The notes: generated by a model not told the origin, from the letters alone. Numbered from the whole stretch's first letter, positions 1 to 15,379 are shown. The stretch is 63,140 nt of DNA, filler included, from Octopus bimaculoides (GCF_001194135.2; 5 parts of 5 records of this genome joined end to end with filler, not necessarily neighbours in it), one strand, 5' to 3'. Translations and numbers: made by a program.

Positions 1-440
1 TTTTTACATGTTTCAGTCACATACACACATACACACACATATACTATGTGGTTACTACTTACCGCACAGCCAAATTCATTTTTCATGGAAAAACTGGTAT
101 TGGTATTTCTCGAAGTTTTGCTGAATTTTGGTTTCGGCAAGACGATTTGACGAAGCCAAAATCTCGAGAAACTTCGAAATTACTCTCAGACTTTTCCTCG
201 TCTAAAATGCAAGTGATTTACATTTTTATTGTGAATTATTTCCAACACAAATTTTAAGTAAAAATTAGAATACATAATACATGTATGTATCAAAATATGC
301 AACAAGTATATCCAGAAGTAATGCAGTTCGATCGTTTCACGCAACTCCATTTAATTGAACAATGCAACCATTTCATCAATTTAAATGCAGAGCAGTCCTC
401 AGCTGCATATATGTATGTATGTATTTAGGTATGTGTTATT

Positions 441-557
441 TTTTACTTGTTTCAGTCATTCGTTTGCAGCCATCCGGCGCTCCACATTGGGGGGAGGGGT
501 TAGTTGAACAAATTGACCCTAGCAAGTATTTCTTTGCTAAGCCTGGTACTCATTCTA
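441..557 (-). mobile_element. SINE family A, 3' part
   Basis: Reverse complement of the family A tail (...GAATGACTGAAACAAGTAAAAA) shared with the copies at 22913 and 35500. Confidence 0.75.
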
Positions 558-558
558 C

Positions 559-660
559 CAGACGGCAGAGTTGCTTAAGAGCAACGCGACACTCTCGGTG
601 CCATTCGCTTAGCCTCGGTCTCTCTTTGATCCACGACTGCAGTTCGGCCAAGGAGACGAG
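559..660 (-). CDS. Candidate 102-nt exon of unknown product (speculative)
   Basis: GC/CpG-rich stretch with acceptor TGTCCCGCAG|, open frame LVSLAELQSWIKERPRLSEWHRECRVALKQLCRL and a weak donor CTG|GTAGAA. It lies between two halves of a SINE-A copy, so it may not be genic. Confidence 0.2.
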
Positions 661-964
661 CTGCGGGACAGCGCGCCGCACAGACAGACAGACAAACAGA
701 CAGGCAGATAGATAGATAGATAGATAGAGNNNNNNNNNNNNNNNNNNNNNNNNNNNNNNNNNNNNNNNNNNNNNNNNNNNNNNNNNNNNNNNNNNNNNNN
801 NNNNNNNNNNNNNNNNNNNNNNNNNNNNNNNNNNNNNNNNNNNNNNNNNNNNNNNNNNNNNNNNNNNNNNNNNNNNNNNNNNNNNNNNNNNNNNNNNNNN
901 NNNNNNNNNNNNNNNNNNNNNNNNNNNNNNNNNNNNNNNNNNNNNNNNNNNNNNNNNNNNNNNN

Positions 965-1001
<37 letters not shown>

Positions 1002-1009
1002 CACATATA

Positions 1010-1167
1010 CGGCGGGCTTCTTTCATTTTCCGTCTACCAAATCCACTCACAAGGCTTTGGTCGGCCCGAGGCTATAGTAGATGACACTTGCCCAAGGTGC
1101 CACGCAATGGGACTGAACCCAGAACCATGTGGCTGGTAAGCAAGCTACTTACCACACAGCCACTTCT
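1010..1167 (-). mobile_element. SINE family A, 5' half (tRNA-like head plus CORE-like segment)
   Basis: Reverse complement of GTGGCTGTGTGGTAAGTAGCTTGCTTACCAGCCACATGGTTCTGGGTTCAGTCCC...GCACCTTGGGCAAGTG...GAAGCCCG, running into a (TA)n tract and a gap. Confidence 0.9.
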
Positions 1168-1663
1168 GAAACAGCAACAACAACCACAAGAAGAATTCAG
1201 TCTGAAAAGCAAAAGAAAAACAAACAAAAAACTGATAATGACATCGACAACAACAACAACAACAGCATAACGTCAACAATTCATTGTCCTGACTTATCTG
1301 GAGATTATCTGAGCAGTTTCCTTAATCGCTGGCCTCGCGCGCACGCGTTCACACGCGCGCGCACACACATGCTTCCATACATTCACATTCAAAACACACA
1401 CACGCATACACTTCCATACACTCACATGCGCACACAGACACTCAAACACACAGATTAGCACACAAACACGCAGCCATTTAAACACACTCTTACACATACG
1501 TGCGCACACACGCTCACACATTCACCCGAGCACACACACACACATACACACACACAAATCCATATACAAACACACAAGTAACCTATATAAACACAATCTT
1601 CCAAATACGGATATACAGACATACACATACAAGAAAGCCTGATCGTCACAGATAGAGATACGA

Positions 1664-3003
<1,340 letters not shown>

Positions 3004-3879
3004 NNNNNNNNNNNNNNNNNNNNNNNNNNNNNNNNNNNNNNNNNNNNNNNNNNNNNNNNNNNNNNNNNNNNNNNNNNNNNNNNNNNNNNNNNNNNNNNNN
3101 NNNNNNNNNNNNNNNNNNNNNNNNNNNNNNNNNNNNNNNNNNNNNNNNNNNNNNNNNNNNNNNNNNNNNNNNNNNNNNNNNNNNNNNNNNNNNNNNNNNN
3201 NNNNNNNNNNNNNNNNNNNNNNNNNNNNNNNNNNNNNNNNNNNNNNNNNNNNNNNNNNNNNNNNNNNNNNNNNNNNNNNNNNNNNNNNNNNNNNNNNNNN
3301 NNNNNNNNNNNNNNNNNNNNNNNNNNNNNNNNNNNNNNNNNNNNNNNNNNNNNNNNNNNNNNNNNNNNNNNNNNNNNNNNNNNNNNNNNNNNNNNNNNNN
3401 NNNNNNNNNNNNNNNNNNNNNNNNNNNNNNNNNNNNNNNNNNNNNNNNNNNNNNNNNNNNNNNNNNNNNNNNNNNNNNNNNNNNNNNNNNNNNNNNNNNN
3501 NNNNNNNNNNNNNNNNNNNNNNNNNNNNNNNNNNNNNNNNNNNNNNNNNNNNNNNNNNNNNNNNNNNNNNNNNNNNNNNNNNNNNNNNNNNNNNNNNNNN
3601 NNNNNNNNNNNNNNNNNNNNNNNNNNNNNNNNNNNNNNNNNNNNNNNNNNNNNNNNNNNNNNNNNNNNNNNNNNNNNNNNNNNNNNNNNNNNNNNNNNNN
3701 NNNNNNNNNNNNNNNNNNNNNNNNNNNNNNNNNNNNNNNNNNNNNNNNNNNNNNNNNNNNNNNNNNNNNNNNNNNNNNNNNNNNNNNNNNNNNNNNNNNN
3801 NNNNNNNNNNNNNNNNNNNNNNNNNNNNNNNNNNNNNNNNNNNNNNNNNNNNNNNNNNNNNNNNNNNNNNNNNNNNNNN

Positions 3880-3880
<1 letters not shown>

Positions 3881-3913
<33 letters not shown>

Positions 3914-3938
3914 GTCGTCGTCGTCATCATTATCGTCG

Positions 3939-3976
<38 letters not shown>

Positions 3977-4046
3977 GTCGTCGTCATCATCATCATCATC
4001 ATCATCGTCACCAGCGTCATCATGATCATTATAGTCGTCATCATCG

Positions 4047-4082
<36 letters not shown>

Positions 4083-4170
4083 TCAACAACAACATTGATC
4101 ATCATTATCGTCATCATTGATCATCATCATCATTGTCTTCATCGTCGTCGTCATCATCATCATCGTCATC
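3881..4170. repeat. (CAT/CGT)n microsatellite
   Basis: Directly visible. Confidence 0.95.
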
Positions 4171-4499
4171 ATCCCGACCGCTGACGTTATCATCTCTTAT
4201 TATCACCTGAGCCAGGAAAGGAGCATCTACGTACGTGGTCGATCCAGCCGCTAGAAATAGCAATCAAATCTTCTTTAACTCACATCTTTCTCTCTCAAAT
4301 AAATGATGCTTGTAGTGCGTCAACAGAATTCTTTTTTTATTGTCCCCGAGTCTTTGCATTCTCGGTTCGAATTCTACAGAATTCTTCATTATCGTCCATT
4401 CTTTCGGAATTGAAATAAGTAAATAAATAAATAAATAAATAGGCGTAGGAGTAGAAAAGAACAATAATTCTTCCTAATTTTGGCATAAGGTCGGAAATT

Positions 4500-4938
4500 T
4501 GCTTCCTAAGCACATGGTCGCGCGTTCAATCCCGACGTGTGGCACCTTGAACAAGTGTCTTCAACTATGGCCTCGGGCCAACTAAAACCTTGTGAGCAGA
4601 TCTGGTTGACGGAAACTGAAAGAAGCCCGTTGTATATATATATATATATATATTTACACACACACACGTGTGTATGTGTGTGTTTAAATATATATACAAC
4701 GGGCTTCTTTCAGTTTCCGTCAACCAGATCTGATCACATATGTGTGTGTGTGCGTGCGTGTCTGTGTTTGTCTCCCCCGACTACTTGGAAGCTGGTGCTG
4801 GTATGTTTATGTCCCCGTAACGTTAGCGGTTCGGTAAAAGAGGCCGATAGAATAAGAACGGGTGGTGGGGTTAGAAAAATAAGTATTGGCGTCAATTCTT
4901 CAAAGCACTGCCCCAACATGGCCGCTATCTAATGACTG
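4500..4938 (+). mobile_element. SINE family A, diverged near-full copy with internal (TA)n/(TG)n
   Basis: Head, GGAAACTGAAAGAAGCCCG, internal microsatellite and ...TAATGACTGAA tail are all recognisable. Confidence 0.8.
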
Positions 4939-5282
4939 AACTTCAAACCCCACCCCACCCCCACCTAAAAAAACCCGATAACTGATACAATGGAATATAA
5001 AATAACTGGTTATCGTTACGAAACATAAAACCATAGAATTTCTTTGTAAGGTAACAACGAGGTTGTGTTTACATCATCGCAAGCCGTCATCTCGTTGAAG
5101 ACCTCTTCCTTGGATTGAAGTGGGTGTTTGTATCCTCTCATATCACCCTCATCAGATAAACCCTTGCACATCTCTCTCTCTCTTTTCTCCTCCTCCTCTC
5201 TCTCTTTCACTCTCTAACATACCCTGTCTGTCTTTCTTTCTCTCCTGCTCTCTCTGTGCAAACATCTCTGAGAGCTGGGTAA

Positions 5283-5283
<1 letters not shown>

Positions 5284-5313
<30 letters not shown>

Positions 5314-5331
5314 CTTCTTCTTCTTCTTCTT

Positions 5332-5429
<98 letters not shown>

Positions 5430-5446
5430 CATCATCATCATCATCA

Positions 5447-5484
<38 letters not shown>

Positions 5485-5793
5485 GTTATTATTATTATTA
5501 TCATCATTATTATTATTATTTGCAATTGTTGTTTCCCTACTCGAGGCAGATCTTGAAGTATCCAGTAAGTGTTGTGTGATCAGTAGCTCTTTTCAGCCCT
5601 TAGCGTTTTTAGCCTCAATGAACGCCGCCGCCACCATCACTACCACTGCCACCATCACCGCCGCCATGATGTATGCATGTCACTTGTTTTTTGAGAATCT
5701 TATTCGTTATTACAAGTAAAACCGATTCCCCACTTCCGTCGTCGTATTGACAGATATGGAAGGGCGTATCGACGCCCACCCGCCATAAAGATA

Positions 5794-5854
<61 letters not shown>

Positions 5855-5928
5855 CGACGATGATGATGATGATGATGACGATGATGAGGATGGTGGTGGT
5901 GGTGGTGGTGGTGATGATGATGATGATG
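5284..5928. repeat. (CTT)n-(TAT)n-(CAT)n array (5284-5520) and (GAT/GGT)n array (5793-5928)
   Basis: Directly visible. Confidence 0.95.
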
Positions 5929-5974
5929 GCGATCCTTTCTACAAGTGACATACCTGAATTTTTTTCTTTTTGTT

Positions 5975-6159
5975 GTTTTGGTGAGAGAAGGGGCTAGTGG
6001 ACTACATCGACCCCAGTGCTCAACTGGTACTTATTTTATTGACCCCCGAAAATACGAAAGACCCAGGAAAGAAAAGACTATGGTGGAATTTGAGCGCAGA
6101 ACGTAAAGATAGACGAAACCCTGCTAAGCATTTTGTCCGGCGTACTAACAGTTCTGGCC
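5975..6159 (-). mobile_element. SINE family B, diverged
   Basis: Reverse complement of the GCCAGAACTGTTAGTACGCCGG...CTGGGGTCGATGTAGTCC family. Confidence 0.75.
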
Positions 6160-6161
6160 AA

Positions 6162-6521
6162 ACGGAGGAACTTTCAAAATACAAAGATCTGGAAATAGAG
6201 GTAACTCGAATGTGGAGCCTAAAAACAGAAACAATTCCTATTATAGTAGGTGCTTTAGGTATGATAAAACAAACATTCAGACAAATGTATAACCAAAACA
6301 GCAGGGCTTACAAGTGTATATAACATGCAGAAAATAGCACTACAGGGCACTGCACACATCCCTACGTAAAACGCTTTCAATACAATGAAAATAGAAGCGC
6401 CACAACAAACCACAGCACGTACTCAAGGCACACAGAGCTGCACTCGGTAGTGCAGTGAGTGCACATGATAAAGATAAAACGACTGAATAACAATAATAAT
6501 AATAATAATAATAATAATAAT
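6162..6521 (+). mobile_element. 3' end of an RLE-type non-LTR retrotransposon (R4/Dong-like) with (AAT)n tail
   Basis: EELSKYKDLEIEVTRMWSLKTETIPIIVGALGMIK...KIALQGTAHI, the C-terminal part of a restriction-like endonuclease domain. The 3' UTR runs into (AAT)n. Confidence 0.8.
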
Positions 6522-6670
6522 CTTTTCTACTCTAGGCACAAGGTCCGAAATTTTGGGGGAGGGGGCCAGTCGATTAGAACGACCCCATTACGCAATCGGT
6601 ACTTAATTTATCGACCTCGAAAGGATGAAAGACAAAGTCGACCTCGGCGGAATTTGAACTCAAAACGTAG
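6521..6670 (-). mobile_element. SINE family B, 3' part
   Basis: TCTTTTCTACTCTAGGCACAAGGTCCGAAATTTTGGGGGAGGGGGCCAGTCG...GTCGACCTCGGCGGAATTTGAAC. Confidence 0.85.
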
Positions 6671-7282
6671 CCAAGATGGCTACAACAAACTAAAGGATGG
6701 CAGAGATGTCGATCACAATCACATCCATTTCTCTCGATTCCATTTCAATTCAACTTAATTATGTCCAGTTTTAGATAAACAAGGGCAGTCAGTGGACAGC
6801 ATAGGTTATACAGAAAAACTTTACATTCTATATGCGTTCATTGACACATCGTCGTGAATGTCAATCATTGATTAAGATGCGCAACAACAATAAGCTAAAC
6901 AGACCATTTGTCAATATTTAGACGACTTAATTTTCGTAGGTGCCATTCAGTGCGAATTAACAAATCATCAATATATCGCTCCGATCACATCCCCATATTA
7001 GCTGATTGAATGTTGCTTATATTAATTTTATTTATATATTTGATTGTTGTTGTTATTTCTTCAAATATAGTTTTCAATGTAAATATTATATTACGCAAGT
7101 GTTAAATGACTACGAAGAAAATTGCAATTACTATTATGATGGTTTTGCGCACGCCGATCAGTGTACCGTTGTCCAGTGTGTTCCTGTTGATTTGCCATTC
7201 ATGTGCTTAAGTAATTTACGTTACTTTGGATATCTCAGTATATATACATACTCTTACACATATACGTACACGCACACACATA

Positions 7283-7326
<44 letters not shown>

Positions 7327-7763
7327 TNNNNNNNNNNNNNNNNNNNNNNNNNNNNNNNNNNNNNNNNNNNNNNNNNNNNNNNNNNNNNNNNNNNNNNNNN
7401 NNNNNNNNNNNNNNNNNNNNNNNNNNNNNNNNNNNNNNNNNNNNNNNNNNNNNNNNNNNNNNNNNNNNNNNNNNNNNNNNNNNNNNNNNNNNNNNNNNNN
7501 NNNNNNNNNNNNNNNNNNNNNNNNNNNNNNNNNNNNNNNNNNNNNNNNNNNNNNNNNNNNNNNNNNNNNNNNNNNNNNNNNNNNNNNNNNNNNNNNNNNN
7601 NNNNNNNNNNNNNNNNNNNNNNNNNNNNNNNNNNNNNNNNNNNNNNNNNNNNNNNNNNNNNNNNNNNNNNNNNNNNNNNNNNNNNNNNNNNNNNNNNNNN
7701 NNNNNNNNNNNNNNNNNNNNNNNNNNNNNNNNNNNNNNNNNNNNNNNNNNNNNNNNNNNNNNN

Positions 7764-7832
<69 letters not shown>

Positions 7833-8549
7833 TTATCTCAATCTACATTTATGTATGTATACACGCACGCACAAACACTCTCGGGTGCGCGTATATATGT
7901 CCACGCGCTGAACTGAGACAACTATGATTATTATATAAATATTCCCTCGCTCTTTCCTCACACACTCACATGCACAGATCTACGTATTTATGCAGAAATG
8001 ACGCCATGTTTATACTGAAGACTGCACAAGTAAAACAATGATCGTTACTCAATATTTCACATAACCTCTTTAAGAGAGAAAACTCCGCCGTAACTCAGAA
8101 TTTTACCAATCCTAGAATCTCTCACAACGAATCCGTTTAATGTTGCCAGCTGTCATAGAACATCTAAACCACGACAGTAGTGTTTCGATTCTAATTAGTC
8201 GCAAGATGAAACAACATTTGTCGTATCTCTGCTATGGTTTCTGATTTTTTTTCTATTTTACTTTTATTTACACACATCGCAAAGAACTATTCATCTTATG
8301 TTGTTGTTCATATTTTTGTATGTTTTTTCTAAGAATACTTTTAAAAAAACATTTTAATGTCTTTCTCTCGTAAGCAATTGGCCTCTCAGTCTTTATTCTC
8401 CCACACTGTCTTTTACTCCTTCATTTCTTATCGTTTTCTTGAGAGGAGCCTCCTTCTGTTATCTGACTCTGTAGTATGTGAGCATGGTTTCGTTCTTCAT
8501 TGCTGTTTCTTCTGCATCTTTTTCACTATCTGGTGTCATCGTCCCTAAT

Positions 8550-9121
8550 TTCTTCTTCTTCTTCTTCTTCTTCTTCTTCTTCTTCTTCTTCTTCTTCTTC
8601 TTCTTCTTCTTCTTCTTCTTCTTCTTCTTCTTCTCTGCCTACCATCATCCCGTCCATCTCCTACCGACCACCGAATTTCCTCCTCCCTCAACATTCACAT
8701 TCTGCCATATTCGACATGATTTTCAAGAAAACAAGAAGAAGAAGAAGAATTAAAAGTAGTGATAAAAAACATAACAGCCTAAATGATGTTCATAACAATA
8801 ACAACGACAACAACAACAACAACAACAACAATAATAATAATAATAATAATAATAATAGCTACAACAACAAGAACAAGATCAAAAATAATGATAATAACGA
8901 AGTTAGTCTTTTTTGAATCCTATAAGTCGGAATTAACTGGCAAAGCCTGGAGCTAAAATAGTCGTGGGAACCTCGAGAAATGTACTTTGAAATGTTCACA
9001 TTCATACAACAACAGCAACAACAACAACAACAACAGCATCTAATACAACAACAACTACTACTGCTGCTGCTGCTGCTGCTACGGCTATTAAAAGAGACGT
9101 ACATACACAAACATACAAAAG

Positions 9122-9152
<31 letters not shown>

Positions 9153-9659
9153 ATATAAATACACATCGATAACTGAGTACTGTTGAATAGAATTGAGATG
9201 AACCATTCTTTGCTAACCTATTTCGAAGCGTTCCGTTCGTAGGCGTCGTTTTTGGCATTATCTATGAGAAAGGCACACCGAATATACAGGAGGATCAGTT
9301 AGTTATGATTTTATCCAACATATTCCCTTTCTCAGATTCACGCACTTATTGCAGCAGGCCTTCAGTTTTTCTGAGCCCTGTAAAAGAACTTGAAATGTTG
9401 GACCTCCAGCCAGACCTTTCGCGATACCCTTAAAGCCAGGATTTTTTTCAGCACCTCCTGGTATATATATTAGCAAGACTTCAATGAAGCAGCAGAATCA
9501 CAAACAACACAAACGATTTCAAACAGCATCGCAACTAATACAATCGGATTACCGGTGACACAGGCACCTCTCCCCACCCCTGAAACACCAGTTGTAATAA
9601 TGCCATGATTGTAATTGTGATTGATCATAACCACCACCACCACCACCACCACCACCTTC

Positions 9660-9718
<59 letters not shown>

Positions 9719-10270
9719 AGCAGTACTACTGCGACCACAACGACCACCACTACGATCATCACCACCACCACCACTAACAACACAACCATCACACTGCCAC
9801 AAACCTCCTACCTCCACCACCCCCCATCATCATCATCATCATCATCACTATCGTCCTCATCATCATTATCATCACTGCCATCATTATTAGCACCACCACC
9901 ACCACCACCATTACCATCAACTTCACAATAGCAACAACAGCAAAACTGTTAACAACAACAACACGAACACTAGCATCACCACTACCACTGGCAGCACCGG
10001 CGCTGCAACTGCAAGAACAACAACAATGCTCACCCACCCCCCACCCGCCACACACACGCACACACACTTTAAATTAATTGCTTCAGGATAGTTTTATTAT
10101 ATCTAACCACCGAACCAACTATCCATCCATCCATCCATCCATCCATCCATCCATCCGTCCGTTCGCCCGTCCGTCCGTCCCTCCCTCCACCCATCCATCG
10201 AACTATTCAACTGGCCGTGCAGTGAGCCAGCGAGTCAGTCAGTCAGCCAGTCAGCCAGTCAGCTAGTCAC
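8550..10270. repeat. Cluster of tri- and tetranucleotide microsatellites (CTT, AAC/AAT, CAC/CAT/CAG, CCAT)
   Basis: Directly visible, with unique sequence in between. Confidence 0.9.
9283..9463 (+). mobile_element. Mariner-type MITE, partial (right TIR only)
   Basis: Colinear with 29662-29875; ends AAAGCCAGGATTTTTTTCAGCACCTCCTGGTA. Confidence 0.7.
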
Positions 10271-11122
10271 ACGTAGAGTAACGTCTCTGCACCACTTCAT
10301 CGTCTGCCAGAAGCGATGTTGTACAGATGCATATTGGAGTGTGTCTTGTTCAATATTGCGATGCCGATGGGAGGGCGAATGGCGGAAAACTTCAATGTAT
10401 AAGCTACATAAACATGCGTGTAAGACATACATACATACATACATACATACATACATACATACATGCATGCATACATACATACGAATATACGTAAATACGA
10501 TCGTAATATACCATACATGTTTACAAATAAATATATATATACGTTTATATGCCTATGCACACACACATATATATATAGTATGTATATATATAGTATATAT
10601 ATATATGTGTATGTATATATATATATGTGTATATATTAACATACACACACATCCATACCTACGTGCCATACATCTTTACATATACACATACTACATATAT
10701 CGATGTATCGATAAATGCAAGCGTATATTTCTGTATAAAACAAACGCATACATTAATGTATATGAATGTGTTATGTGTGTGTGTATGTATGTATGTATGT
10801 ATTTATATGTATATGTGCATGATACACACACATACGTATATGCAAACGTAGATATATGCATACAAATATAATGCATTTATATATTTAAAGTAAAGTGATA
10901 AGAGGGACTTCGAAGTTCCGTTTGGTTATGCTTCCGTCATAATTAATCTTGTACATGTGTGTGTTTGTGTGCGTGCGTGTGTATGTGTGAGTGTATGTGT
11001 GAATGTGTGTGAGAACTTGTATGTGTATACGTGTGTCTGTATACCTGTATGTTTACATGTTTGTAAATTTAATGAAGCAAGCTCACGTGCTCTCATTTAT
11101 ACAGATGCTTGAAAATATACAT

Positions 11123-11190
<68 letters not shown>

Positions 11191-11659
11191 CCACGCACAC
11201 ATACACACACGAACATGCACACAAGCACGCGCACACACACATACAAATAATGCTACATACGTACAAACACATCCAGACGACGGACAAGATATATAGAGAG
11301 GCATTTTGGTGAAAAGGCAGGAGTTGGTTGAGTAAGGAGAGAGAGAGACAAACAGACAGAGACAGAGACAGACAGACAGACAGAGGGAAAAAGAGTGACT
11401 GAATCGATGGTTTACGAAGAGGAAGAGAGGTGACATACTCAGACCGTGGAGCAACAAACAAATCACGGGACGCCATTACGTTACGCACGTTTAAACCAGG
11501 ACAATTTGGTCCTAAAAAACTCAGCAAGCGGCAGAATGCAAAACCGTCGGCAAATGAGCGCGAATTCATAAATGTATGTGCGTATATATGTATATGTGTA
11601 CACGTATGTATGTGTGTATCTGTATTTGTGTGTGTTTTCTCCTCTCTCTTTCACCCTGT

Positions 11660-11721
<62 letters not shown>

Positions 11722-11997
11722 TTCTCTGTACGCTATTGTCAAACAGCGTAGTGGGAAGCTTATAGAAAATTCACCTCTTGGTTAAAACTTTTAGCTTCAT
11801 GCCAAGACGAAAGTTATTCAACACACTCGAAAAATAGATGGGAAGTATGTGTGTATGTATGTATGTATGTATGTATGATTGTATTCATTTATACAGACAT
11901 ATTTACACACGCACGCACACTCATATATACAGAGAGTGAGAGAGATTGAAAAGGAAGGATAATAAGGAAAAAGGAAATAGAGAGAATCACAAATCAT

Positions 11998-12002
11998 TGT
12001 TA

Positions 12003-12052
<50 letters not shown>

Positions 12053-12827
12053 CTCATCTATCTATCTGTCTGTCTGTCTTTCTGTCTGTCTGTCTTTCTG
12101 TCTGTCTGTCTGTCTATCTAACNNNNNNNNNNNNNNNNNNNNNNNNNNNNNNNNNNNNNNNNNNNNNNNNNNNNNNNNNNNNNNNNNNNNNNNNNNNNNN
12201 NNNNNNNNNNNNNNNNNNNNNNNNNNNNNNNNNNNNNNNNNNNNNNNNNNNNNNNNNNNNNNNNNNNNNNNNNNNNNNNNNNNNNNNNNNNNNNNNNNNN
12301 NNNNNNNNNNNNNNNNNNNNNNNNNNNNNNNNNNNNNNNNNNNNNNNNNNNNNNNNNNNNNNNNNNNNNNNNNNNNNNNNNNNNNNNNNNNNNNNNNNNN
12401 NNNNNNNNNNNNNNNNNNNNNNNNNNNNNNNNNNNNNNNNNNNNNNNNNNNNNNNNNNNNNNNNNNNNNNNNNNNNNNNNNNNNNNNNNNNNNNNNNNNN
12501 NNNNNNNNNNNNNNNNNNNNNNNNNNNNNNNNNNNNNNNNNNNNNNNNNNNNNNNNNNNNNNNNNNNNNNNNNNNNNNNNNNNNNNNNNNNNNNNNNNNN
12601 NNNNNNNNNNNNNNNNNNNNNNNNNNNNNNNNNNNNNNNNNNNNNNNNNNNNNNNNNNNNNNNNNNNNNNNNNNNNNNNNNNNNNNNNNNNNNNNNNNNN
12701 NNNNNNNNNNNNNNNNNNNNNNNNNNNNNNNNNNNNNNNNNNNNNNNNNNNNNNNNNNNNNNNNNNNNNNNNNNNNNNNNNNNNNNNNNNNNNNNNNNNN
12801 NNNNNNNNNNNNNNNNNNNNNNNNNNN

Positions 12828-12858
<31 letters not shown>

Positions 12859-13116
12859 TTTGTGTGTGTATACCTGTATATATATGTATATATAAATATA
12901 TGCATATGTGTATATATAAATGCCTGTATATGTATGTATATATGCATAAACATATATATCGCTACATACATATATACATGTGTATAAATATACATACATA
13001 TGGGTGTGTATGTATGTATGTGTGTGTGAGGGTATAAATGTATATATATACATGTATATATATATATGTCTATATATAAATATATGGATATGTGTATATA
13101 TAAATGCCTGTATATG

Positions 13117-13186
<70 letters not shown>

Positions 13187-13760
13187 TAGACACATATATA
13201 TGTATATAATATACATACATACATATATGTGTGTGTATGTATATATATATATGCATATATAAATATATGTATATATATGTATATTTATATATATATATAA
13301 ATATATGTATATATATGTATATATAAATATATGCGTATGTGTATATATATAAATGCGTGCATATGTATATATGCATATACATAAATATAGCTACAAATGT
13401 ATATACACGAATATAAATATACATACATATATGTGTGTATATATATGTGTGTGCGTGTGAGTGTGTGTTTGTTAGATTTTGTCTTGTTTTCCCATCGAGG
13501 CAAATAACAGAAAATAACAGACTTTTACATAGGAATGGTCTTCGGTCTCTCCCTATCTGATTCTTTCTCTCTGATTCTCTGTGTTTTCTCTCCCTCTCTC
13601 TGTCTCTCTCTCTCTGTCTGTCTCTCTCTGTCTCTCTCTCTCTGTCTCTCTCTCCCTCTTACATTACGTTCTTTCTGTCTGTCTATCTGTTTATCTATAC
13701 CTACCTACCTACCTACCTACCTACCTGCTTGCCTACCTATCTTTTCGTCTACCCATCTAC

Positions 13761-13810
<50 letters not shown>

Positions 13811-13900
13811 GCTTATCTATTTATCTGTTTGTCTGTCTGTCTGTCTATCTATGTACCTACCTACCTACCTACCTACCTACCTACCTACCTACCTACCTAC

Positions 13901-13939
<39 letters not shown>

Positions 13940-14291
13940 CCTATCTATCTATCAACCAACCAATCTGTCTTTTTGCCTCATTCCACGTCTGCTTTTCACT
14001 TCGTCTCGACTTCGCTCCTTCTCGACCATTCTTTATCGATCTCTGCCATCGTATTGTCCCCAACCAGGAGGCATTATGCACCAAAGTAGACGAGCGCAAG
14101 TCTTCAGGACGCTCCACCCATTCTCGCCATTGTTTTTCCCTGCTAATATCGATATTAATGTTGTTGTTATTCTTGCCGCCGCCGCCGTAGTCGTTATTGT
14201 TGTTTTCTCAGTGGTGAAGAAATACAACAAAATGATCGAATGAAGGAGAGAGGTGAGGGAAGAGCGGGAGAAACAGCAAAGAGGTAGATAG

Positions 14292-14378
<87 letters not shown>

Positions 14379-14416
14379 CGGGGAGAGAAGAGCGGGAGAA
14401 AAAGCAAAAAGGTAGG

Positions 14417-14464
<48 letters not shown>

Positions 14465-14544
14465 GAGATAGAGAGAGAGAGACTAAGAGATGTAACGAAA
14501 GAAACGCAGAAAAAGGGAATGAAAGAAAGGAAGGAAGGAAGGAA

Positions 14545-14590
<46 letters not shown>

Positions 14591-14638
14591 GAGAAAGAAA
14601 GAAAGAAAGAAAGAGAGAAAGAAAGAAAGGAGAGGTGG
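11998..14638. repeat. Compound microsatellite field (TATC, TGTC, TA, TACC, AGAT, AG, AAAG) around a gap
   Basis: Directly visible. Confidence 0.9.
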
Positions 14639-15379
14639 NNNNNNNNNNNNNNNNNNNNNNNNNNNNNNNNNNNNNNNNNNNNNNNNNNNNNNNNNNNNNN
14701 NNNNNNNNNNNNNNNNNNNNNNNNNNNNNNNNNNNNNNNNNNNNNNNNNNNNNNNNNNNNNNNNNNNNNNNNNNNNNNNNNNNNNNNNNNNNNNNNNNNN
14801 NNNNNNNNNNNNNNNNNNNNNNNNNNNNNNNNNNNNNNNNNNNNNNNNNNNNNNNNNNNNNNNNNNNNNNNNNNNNNNNNNNNNNNNNNNNNNNNNNNNN
14901 NNNNNNNNNNNNNNNNNNNNNNNNNNNNNNNNNNNNNNNNNNNNNNNNNNNNNNNNNNNNNNNNNNNNNNNNNNNNNNNNNNNNNNNNNNNNNNNNNNNN
15001 NNNNNNNNNNNNNNNNNNNNNNNNNNNNNNNNNNNNNNNNNNNNNNNNNNNNNNNNNNNNNNNNNNNNNNNNNNNNNNNNNNNNNNNNNNNNNNNNNNNN
15101 NNNNNNNNNNNNNNNNNNNNNNNNNNNNNNNNNNNNNNNNNNNNNNNNNNNNNNNNNNNNNNNNNNNNNNNNNNNNNNNNNNNNNNNNNNNNNNNNNNNN
15201 NNNNNNNNNNNNNNNNNNNNNNNNNNNNNNNNNNNNNNNNNNNNNNNNNNNNNNNNNNNNNNNNNNNNNNNNNNNNNNNNNNNNNNNNNNNNNNNNNNNN
15301 NNNNNNNNNNNNNNNNNNNNNNNNNNNNNNNNNNNNNNNNNNNNNNNNNNNNNNNNNNNNNNNNNNNNNNNNNNNNNNN

